This document shows positions 1-6,656 of a DNA stretch of 18,119 nt, piece by piece. The stretch is from Nitrospinaceae bacterium (GTDB taxonomy: Bacteria > Nitrospinota > Nitrospinia > Nitrospinales > VA-1): positions 1 to 18,119 of the forward strand of contig JBHHVU010000061.1 of NCBI GenBank assembly GCA_046754465.1. The letters run 5' to 3'. The translations under genes were made by a program, and so were the position numbers. The notes beneath the pieces are model-generated. The model was not told the DNA's origin, did no database searches, and saw nothing but the letters and a program-made list of their open reading frames with translations. How positions within the stretch are numbered: position 1 is the first letter of the stretch; the number at the start of each line of letters is the position of its first letter.

Positions 1-320
1 CTAGCTTAAATTATTTTTTTGATGAGACCGACACTTATTAACATTTGTCTTTTTTTTCCCATGAAGATTTAACAAATTGAACAAATAATTGATTTTCCCA
101 ACCGCTTAGGAAAATTTTTTGATAATTCTTCTTCCAGTCGTTCTTGAAGAATTTTTCTAACAACTTTGGACCTTTGTATCGCTCCTATCCGCGCATCCGG
201 CTTATCATTATTACGGGCCGCCCCGGGAAAAATGACCCCTGCCATAAATATTCCAAAAAATAATGATTTTTGACCCCCTGGGACATAAATTAGTGCAATG
301 GGGCGAAAAATTTTTCCTCT

Positions 321-338
321 GTCAACCTTCGGGTTGAT
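321..338 (+). promoter_or_regulatory. cUUCGg tetraloop hairpin in the ybaK-like leader
   Basis: GTCAACC-TTCG-GGTTGAT: 6 Watson-Crick pairs plus one G-U pair closing a UUCG loop, about 35 nt before the start codon. Confidence 0.45.
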
Positions 339-373
339 GCATTTTATCCATTTTCAAGGGAGGGGGGATCACG

Positions 374-847
374 ATGCCATCGAAAAAATTAAAGGAGTTT
401 CTGGACAGTCATGAAATAAAGTATATCTCGATCAGTCATTCCCCGGCATACACGGCCCAGGAAATCGCCGGGGCGGCTCATATCCCGGGACGCTGCATGG
501 CCAAAACCGTCATGGTCACCGTCGGGGATAAAATGGCGATGGTGGTATTGCCGGCGGAATGCAGGGTGGACTTTGACCTGTTGAAAGAAGTGACCGGCGC
601 GGAGAAGGTGGAGCTCGCCGGCGAGCAGGAATTCATGGAATTGTTTCCCGATTGCGATGTCGGCGCCATGCCGCCGTTTGGGAACCTGTATGGTTTGGAG
701 GTTTACGCGGAAGAATCCTTGGCCAGAAACGATGAAATCGCCTTTAATGCGGGGACTCATTCGGAAATCATCCAGTTGGCCTACAGGGATTTCGATAAAC
801 TGGTGAAACCCGAAGTCCTGAATTTCGCTTATTACGTGTCGGTTTAA
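374..847 (+). CDS. YbaK/EbsC (ProXp-type) aminoacyl-tRNA deacylase family protein, 157 aa
   Basis: Catalytic Lys in AKT, GxxxP loop (GAMPPFG), HSPAYTA start and FNAGTH motif typical of INS/YbaK superfamily; strong SD (GGGAGG) upstream. Confidence 0.9.
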   Translation: MPSKKLKEFLDSHEIKYISISHSPAYTAQEIAGAAHIPGRCMAKTVMVTVGDKMAMVVLPAECRVDFDLLKEVTGAEKVELAGEQEFMELFPDCDVGAMPPFGNLYGLEVYAEESLARNDEIAFNAGTHSEIIQLAYRDFDKLVKPEVLNFAYYVSV

Positions 848-883
848 GGATTCTACACGGGGGTCCAGTGGCACGCTGGCGGG

Positions 884-2461
884 CTAATAAACTTCCCAGT
901 CGCCCTTGCGGTAATAGCGCAGAAGGACGTGGTTGAACTGGGTGTTGACCTCGATCTGTCCTTGCCGTTCGAACAGTCCCTTCCCGAAATGCACCATAGC
1001 CACCATTGCGTCCTTGTTGAGGAACCGGGTTTCCACGTTGGAGAAATCGAGCTGCTGTAGAAGCGCTTTCATCCGCCCGCTATCCATGGTTTCGGATTTT
1101 ACGCCCAGGTTCCATCCCCATTTCCCCATGGTGGGGATGGAGTTCTGGTAGGGGACCACGGAAAACCCCGCCGCCTCCATACTCTTCTTGATGCACAGAA
1201 ACGCCTCCGGCGAATACAGCGGACTCGTGCTCTGGGTTACCAGCACGCCATGGGGTTTCAGGTGCCTGCGGGCGGATTTGTAGAATCCGGCCGAATACAA
1301 CAACGAAAGAGATACGGTTTTGGGATCGGGCAAATCCACGATGATGGCGTCGTATAGGTGGTTGGTGTCCTGGATGAACTGGTAGGCGTCCCGGTTGTGG
1401 ACGGTGACGCGTGAATCGTTGAGCGACCCGCGGTTGATCTCGAGTAAAATCTCATGGGTCCTCGCGAGCCGGGTCATGGCCGGGTCCAGGTCGATCACGG
1501 TGACTTGCCGGACACCGGGGTATTTCAAGATTTCCCGGACGGCGAGTCCGTCCCCGCCTCCCAGCACCAGGATGTCGGCTCTTTCCTTCAACAACCTCAG
1601 GGCGGGATGCACCAGGGGTTCGTGGTAACGTTCCTCGTCGTAGGTGCTGAACTGGGTGCTGCCGTTGAGAAACAGCCAGTAGTCTTTTTTCCAGCGGGTG
1701 ATGACGATTTTCTGGTACCGGCTTTGTTCTTCATAGACGATCTTGTCCTTGTATTTGTGCTGTTCCCCGAACAGGATGATGGGTTTGGCGAAGACCCCGG
1801 CCAGGGCGATGGCCAGCAAGAGCGCCGCGAAGGTTTTCGTGAGTCTCGGAGCCCATTGCAACAGATCGGGAAATTTCCAGAGGATCAATCCCGCCACCAG
1901 CAGGTTGATGGCTCCAAGGAGGATGGGGGTGTAGGTCAGGCCCAGGAAGGGCAAAAGGAGGAAGGCGAAAAGCGCGCCGCCGGCGAGCGACCCGTAGTAA
2001 TCGTATTCCAGAACCGAGGAAATATTGACCCGCAGCGGCTCGTATTTTTCGTTGATGCGGGTGACGAGGGGAATTTCCAGTCCGGTGAAAAATCCAATCA
2101 GGCAGGCGATTCCATAAATGATGAGGGCCGTGTGAGGGGTGAAGGCGGAGACCCAGAAACAGAAGATCGCCGAAAAGGTGCAGAACAGGGACAGTCCGAA
2201 TTCGATGAGCACATACCGGTCGGGCAGGTGGCTGAGAATTTTCCGGCTTTTCCGGCTGCCCAATCCCATGGAGAACAACATGAGCGAAATCACCGCCGTC
2301 CATTGGAAGATGGTATCTCCGATGAGATAACTGGCGAGTGTGGCAAGGGTGTATTCGGTCACCATGGCGGCGCAGCCGGTGGCGAACATGCAGATTTTCA
2401 GGACGAGACTCAGGCCCGGCCGGGCGGGGCGGGAAGGTTGTTCCGGCGATGAGGTTTTCAT
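884..2461 (-). CDS. speE: Polyamine aminopropyltransferase (spermidine synthase type) with N-terminal multi-pass membrane domain, 525 aa
   Basis: About 7 hydrophobic segments in the first ~230 aa, then SRYQKIV, YHEPLVHP, VLGGGDG (dcSAM-binding), IDLDP and DAIIVDLPDP motifs of aminopropyltransferases. Confidence 0.9.
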   Translation of the reverse strand: MKTSSPEQPSRPARPGLSLVLKICMFATGCAAMVTEYTLATLASYLIGDTIFQWTAVISLMLFSMGLGSRKSRKILSHLPDRYVLIEFGLSLFCTFSAIFCFWVSAFTPHTALIIYGIACLIGFFTGLEIPLVTRINEKYEPLRVNISSVLEYDYYGSLAGGALFAFLLLPFLGLTYTPILLGAINLLVAGLILWKFPDLLQWAPRLTKTFAALLLAIALAGVFAKPIILFGEQHKYKDKIVYEEQSRYQKIVITRWKKDYWLFLNGSTQFSTYDEERYHEPLVHPALRLLKERADILVLGGGDGLAVREILKYPGVRQVTVIDLDPAMTRLARTHEILLEINRGSLNDSRVTVHNRDAYQFIQDTNHLYDAIIVDLPDPKTVSLSLLYSAGFYKSARRHLKPHGVLVTQSTSPLYSPEAFLCIKKSMEAAGFSVVPYQNSIPTMGKWGWNLGVKSETMDSGRMKALLQQLDFSNVETRFLNKDAMVAMVHFGKGLFERQGQIEVNTQFNHVLLRYYRKGDWEVY

Positions 2462-2489
2462 GAAAAACCGTTCGAGGACGGGTTTCCTC

Positions 2490-3335
2490 TCACAGGCACC
2501 AGGTGATCAGAAGAGAGGAGCCGATATAGGAAGATGCCTCGAGATACGCCGCGCCCATATTGGGTTTTTCCTGGTTGACCAGTTCGTCGGCTAGTTTGCG
2601 GCCAGGAAGGAGAACGCGGTCGGTCAAGGTCCGGGCGATGGGAAGAAAGAACAGCCCCAACACCACGAACCAGAAAAAGGTCATCAGGTTATCCCCCCAG
2701 GAGATGAAATCCTCGGCGGAGGCGGCGCGCAGGAGGTTGCCAATGGCCACGATGGCGCCCGCGAAACCCACGCCCACGGCCACGTTGTCTTTTTCGATGT
2801 GTTCGTGGATATCGTACCGGGTGATCAGATTGTAATAATACCCCACCCCCACCAGGATGCCCTGGCCCACGGCCCAGAACGCGAGGGTGGTATAAATATT
2901 CCCCCCCACCCCATACACCGCGCCGAAAATGTTCAATCCCGAAGCGAGGAACACCGCGAATTCGACCACGCCGGTGCCGCAGTTCTGGTCGTCGAGGATT
3001 TCCTTGCGGATGTTGAATTTGGAGAGGATGAACCGGTCGTTGATCAGAGCCGCCACGTTCAGCAGGATAACGGCCAGCATCCCATAGACCAGCATGTCCA
3101 CCAGGTCTTCCTCGATTCCGGCCGAGGGACCGGCGACGACGCCCCCGATGGAAAAAATCAATCCCAGGTAATACCCGCAAAGCACCAGGGCCAGGGCGGC
3201 GTTGTCCTCTTCCACCAGTTCGTGCTGTATGTTGTATCCCACGCGGAAGAGGCGGAACACGACATGCCCGGCCATGAAGACGGCGAAACAGGCGATCAGG
3301 TAAGTGACAGAGGTTAACAGATTATCCAGCCACAT
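2490..3335 (-). CDS. DUF350-family membrane protein (duplicated), 281 aa
   Basis: About 8 TM segments in four repeats, each with an acidic amphipathic stretch and Asn before a small-residue helix: HELVEEDNAALA, KEILDDQNCGTG, EHIEKDNVAVG, DELVNQEKPNMGAA; neighbour of membrane speE as typical for DUF350. Confidence 0.8.
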   Translation of the reverse strand: MWLDNLLTSVTYLIACFAVFMAGHVVFRLFRVGYNIQHELVEEDNAALALVLCGYYLGLIFSIGGVVAGPSAGIEEDLVDMLVYGMLAVILLNVAALINDRFILSKFNIRKEILDDQNCGTGVVEFAVFLASGLNIFGAVYGVGGNIYTTLAFWAVGQGILVGVGYYYNLITRYDIHEHIEKDNVAVGVGFAGAIVAIGNLLRAASAEDFISWGDNLMTFFWFVVLGLFFLPIARTLTDRVLLPGRKLADELVNQEKPNMGAAYLEASSYIGSSLLITWCL

Positions 3336-3337
3336 GA

Positions 3338-4045
3338 TTATTTTCCAAAACGGAACCCCCGGCTGCGAAAAACGTTTTTACTGCGGCCCATTCTCTGGTT
3401 GATTTTATCCCGGAACCGGCTTTGCGACCGGGCCTTGCGCACCGCTTTCCTGGCAAAGAAATCGGGTTTCTGTTTTTTGGTGATCGTGCCGTTTGTGCCA
3501 TACTGGTTCCCGGGTCCAAAATAGGGGCGCCGGCTCGATCGATAGCTATTGAAATCGTTGTAATGGGAACGGCTGAGCCCAAACCCGGCCCAGTTCATCA
3601 CCTGGGAGAGCAGCATGTATTTCCCATAGAATTCCCATAAACTGCCGCCCCGGCCGTCGTCCCGCCACCGCCCGTATTGCGAATTCCCCACATACTGGTA
3701 ACCGTTGGGGAAAGGGGTGTCGATGATTTTACCATCGGGGGTTTTCGCGGCCAGAACCATTCCCAGGTAGGGTTCATATTTCTTATAAAACGATTCGCTC
3801 ACCTCCACGAAGGGACGAATCCTTTTTTGATCGCCAACGTCCACCCGATACTGGTGGTAATAGGAAGGGAAAAAGTTGCCCTCCTCCCGCATGTCGTTCA
3901 GGAGGATTGAGTATTCCTTTTCACCCTGGAGTTTTTTCTGTAAGGATTCCACCGGATTGCTGAATCCGCCGCAGCCCGGCAGGGAAAAGGCCGCCAGCGT
4001 ACCCAATGCAACAAGGGTTAAGGGAAGTGATTGGGTGATCCTCAT
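3338..4045 (-). CDS. Putative lipoprotein with Gly/aromatic-rich core and basic R/K/S/G-rich tail, 235 aa
   Basis: ATG at 4045 (preferred over TTG 4075) gives signal peptide MRITQSLPLTLVALGTLAAFSLPG-C25 with a lipobox-like LPGC; YVGNSQYGRW and WEFYGKY motifs; ends RSRGFRFGK; stop lies 2 nt before the DUF350 start. Confidence 0.75.
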   Translation of the reverse strand: MRITQSLPLTLVALGTLAAFSLPGCGGFSNPVESLQKKLQGEKEYSILLNDMREEGNFFPSYYHQYRVDVGDQKRIRPFVEVSESFYKKYEPYLGMVLAAKTPDGKIIDTPFPNGYQYVGNSQYGRWRDDGRGGSLWEFYGKYMLLSQVMNWAGFGLSRSHYNDFNSYRSSRRPYFGPGNQYGTNGTITKKQKPDFFARKAVRKARSQSRFRDKINQRMGRSKNVFRSRGFRFGK

Positions 4046-4094
4046 GGGCGGTGGCTCGAAGCGGCGCGGGGCCAAGGTTAAGATGTTTCCCTAC

Positions 4095-4123
4095 TTGATA
4101 CATCAGAAGGCAGACCGTGTCAA
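4095..4123 (-). promoter_or_regulatory. Putative sigma70 promoter for the lipoprotein-DUF350-speE operon
   Basis: Minus strand TTGACA (4123-4118), 17 nt spacer, TATCAA (4100-4095); perfect -35, imperfect -10. Confidence 0.5.
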
Positions 4124-4161
4124 CACCGGGAGGGGCGAGCTTTTTCGTGAAGCCGCTCCAT

Positions 4162-4189
4162 TTTACTTGGCGGGGGAAGTCGTTATAAT
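4162..4189 (+). promoter_or_regulatory. Putative sigma70 promoter for the K+ channel gene
   Basis: TTTACT (4162-4167), 16 nt spacer, TATAAT (4184-4189), about 40 nt upstream of ATG 4230. Confidence 0.6.
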
Positions 4190-4229
4190 ACCCCCGTGGC
4201 ACGGAAAATTTTAATTCAGCCGATTCCTC

Positions 4230-5345
4230 ATGATTCAAATCCATTCAACAGTTTTCAAACGCATCCTGCGGTTATTCCGGCGGCGGGAGGTCCGCTATCC
4301 CACGATCCTGGTTTTTCTTCTTTTGGGGATGATGGTCCTCTTCGCGGCGGTGTTCGCGGCCTTTGAGGAAGGCGCAAACTTTCTGGACGGATTGTGGACG
4401 GCGTACATCTCGCTCACCACCATCGGGTACGGCGATTTTTCCGCCCACTCTCCGGAGGGACGGCTGATCACCGTCGTCACCACCATGTTCGGGATCACCT
4501 GTTTCGGAATCTTCACGGGCATCATCGTCGAAAAAGCCCTGCAAAGGAGGATAAAAAAATTGAAAGGCGAAGGAAATTACACGGGAGAAGGGCATCTTGT
4601 CATCATCAACGTTCCCTCCTACGAGGAAACCCGGGGACTGCTGGATGAGCTCAACCTCAGTCCGGAATTCATGGATATTCCCATCGTGATCGTCACGGCC
4701 TCCCTTCCCCATGGGGACCGGGAAGTGCCGGACCAATTGTCCAAAAGGATCGATGGATTCGTCATGGGGCTGCCCTCGGCGCTGGAGACCTTGGAGCGGG
4801 CAAACCTGTCCCGGGCCCGGGCCTGCCTTCTCATGGCCGCCTCCACCGATCCCAAAATGGACGACACCAACACCCTCACCGCCGGACTCATCGAGAAAAA
4901 CTGGCCCCAGGTGCTCACCATCCTGGCCTGCAGCCGGGCCGAAACCATGAAAAATCTGAAAATGTTCAATATCGACGGAGGCATCAACGCCATGAAGCTG
5001 CAGACCGGACTCCTCGTCCAGGAACTGGAGGATCCGGGAGTCTTCGAGGTCTACAACCAGCTTTCGTCGAACGCCGGCGGGAGTCAGATTTATATCAGCC
5101 GGACGCAGGTGGGCCGGTGGAAGGGCGCTTTTGACAATTTCACCTATGGTGATATAAAGAAGGCCGCCCTTCGCCTGAACTTTCCCACCGAACTGCTCGG
5201 CATCAAAAAGGACCCCGGCGGGAATATCGTTTTGAATCCATCAAACTCGCTCAAACTGGAAGGGAGCGACCGGTTGATCTACATGGCCGAGGAAAGGTTT
5301 GACTGGTTGAAACACAGTTCCGAAATCCTGGAACGGAAAGTCTGA
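4230..5345 (+). CDS. Two-TM potassium channel with C-terminal RCK/TrkA-like domain, 371 aa
   Basis: TM1, pore helix, selectivity filter TTIGYGD, TM2, then an RCK-like region (GHLVIIN, LERANLSRA, LNP...LEGSDRLIYMA). Confidence 0.92.
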   Translation: MIQIHSTVFKRILRLFRRREVRYPTILVFLLLGMMVLFAAVFAAFEEGANFLDGLWTAYISLTTIGYGDFSAHSPEGRLITVVTTMFGITCFGIFTGIIVEKALQRRIKKLKGEGNYTGEGHLVIINVPSYEETRGLLDELNLSPEFMDIPIVIVTASLPHGDREVPDQLSKRIDGFVMGLPSALETLERANLSRARACLLMAASTDPKMDDTNTLTAGLIEKNWPQVLTILACSRAETMKNLKMFNIDGGINAMKLQTGLLVQELEDPGVFEVYNQLSSNAGGSQIYISRTQVGRWKGAFDNFTYGDIKKAALRLNFPTELLGIKKDPGGNIVLNPSNSLKLEGSDRLIYMAEERFDWLKHSSEILERKV

Positions 5346-5370
5346 TTTTCACGGGTTCACCGAAAACGCC

Positions 5371-6627
5371 ATGGCTTCATTCCGCTTCATTCACTGTTCC
5401 GACCTGCACATCGACAGCCCTTTCACGGGCCTGGCCTCCGTCCGCCCCGAACTGGCGGCCAGCTTGCGGAGCTCCACGTTCAAGGCGTTTCAAAACGCCG
5501 TTCGGTTAGCGGTTTCCGAGCGGGTCGATGCGGTGATCATCGCCGGGGATATTTATGACAGCGCCGACAAAAGCCTCCAGGCCCAGTTGAAATTCAAACG
5601 CGGCTTGGAAAAACTTTCCGAGGCGGGGATCCCCACTTTCATCGTCCACGGCAACCATGACCCGCTGGACGGCTGGTCCGCGACCCTGAAAATGCCGGAA
5701 GGGGTTACGGTTTTTCCCGGCGGTCAAGTGGAACACCACACCGTCACCCGGAACGGAACGGTGTTGGCCCGCATTTACGGAATCAGTTACCCCCGCCGCC
5801 AGGTCAAGGACAACCTGGCCCTGAAATTCGAGCCCCAGGGAGACGAGGGCTTTTCCATCGGCGTCCTGCACGCTAATGTGGGCAGTGATCCGAATCACGA
5901 CGATTACGCCCCCTGCACCCTCGACGACCTGGTCTCGCGGAAAATGGATTACTGGGCGCTGGGGCACATCCACGCCCACAAGGTATTGCGCGAGAGCCAT
6001 CCGGCCGTCGTGTACCCAGGAAACACCCAGGCCCGGCACATGCGCGAAACCGGTCCCCGGGGCTGTTGCCTGGTGACCCTTCACGATAACGCCCCGCCTG
6101 AAATAAGGTTCGTGGCTATCGACGCGTTGCGTTACATTTCCCACGCCCTGAGCCTGGCAAAGGCGGAAACCCTGGATCACGTGCTCGCCGCCATCCGCTC
6201 GCAATGCGAATCGCTGGCCCAACAGGCCGGGGGCCGGGAAACGCTCATCCGGCTGACCTTGACCGGGCGGACGCCCGTCCACAAGGAACTGCAAAGGCCG
6301 GGAAACCTCGAAGATTTAATGGAAGATATTCATGAGCATTTCAAGGGAAAGGATCCTCCCCTTTGGGTGGAACTCCTTCTCGAAACCCAGGGCACCTACG
6401 ACATCGAATCGTTGCGCCGGGGCAACGATTTCATCGCCGAAATTCTTTCCCTGCACGAGGAGGGGAAGACCGGAAAATTCGCGGATAATTGGAAAGCCGC
6501 GTTAGCCTCTCTTTACGAGACCTGGCCGGGCGGCAAATATCTGGAGCCGCCGAACCAGGAGGAATTGGGACATCTCCTGACCGAGGCACGCAACCTCATC
6601 CTGGACCGGCTGGCGGACCCCGGCTGA
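5371..6627 (+). CDS. Mre11/SbcD-like metallophosphoesterase nuclease (YhaO family), 418 aa
   Basis: All five calcineurin-like motifs: SDLHID, AGDIYD, GNHD, VLH, LGHIH; YPGNTQAR capping-domain motif. Confidence 0.92.
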   Translation: MASFRFIHCSDLHIDSPFTGLASVRPELAASLRSSTFKAFQNAVRLAVSERVDAVIIAGDIYDSADKSLQAQLKFKRGLEKLSEAGIPTFIVHGNHDPLDGWSATLKMPEGVTVFPGGQVEHHTVTRNGTVLARIYGISYPRRQVKDNLALKFEPQGDEGFSIGVLHANVGSDPNHDDYAPCTLDDLVSRKMDYWALGHIHAHKVLRESHPAVVYPGNTQARHMRETGPRGCCLVTLHDNAPPEIRFVAIDALRYISHALSLAKAETLDHVLAAIRSQCESLAQQAGGRETLIRLTLTGRTPVHKELQRPGNLEDLMEDIHEHFKGKDPPLWVELLLETQGTYDIESLRRGNDFIAEILSLHEEGKTGKFADNWKAALASLYETWPGGKYLEPPNQEELGHLLTEARNLILDRLADPG

Positions 6628-6656
6628 AAGAGACGTCCGCCGGACAATCGACGACC

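Noticed and set aside
848..883. Possible terminator between convergent ybaK-like and speE genes
   Set aside because: Only a weak stem (CCAGTG/CGCTGG) and no U-tract on either strand.
4197..4213. TGGCAC sigma54 -24-like element (another at about 870)
   Set aside because: No TTGC -12 element at the required spacing.
6489..6656. N-terminal extension of the YhaN-like ORF in the track
   Set aside because: Overlaps the yhaO-like 3' end; the family-typical start MQIREIHIEGFG begins at 6657.
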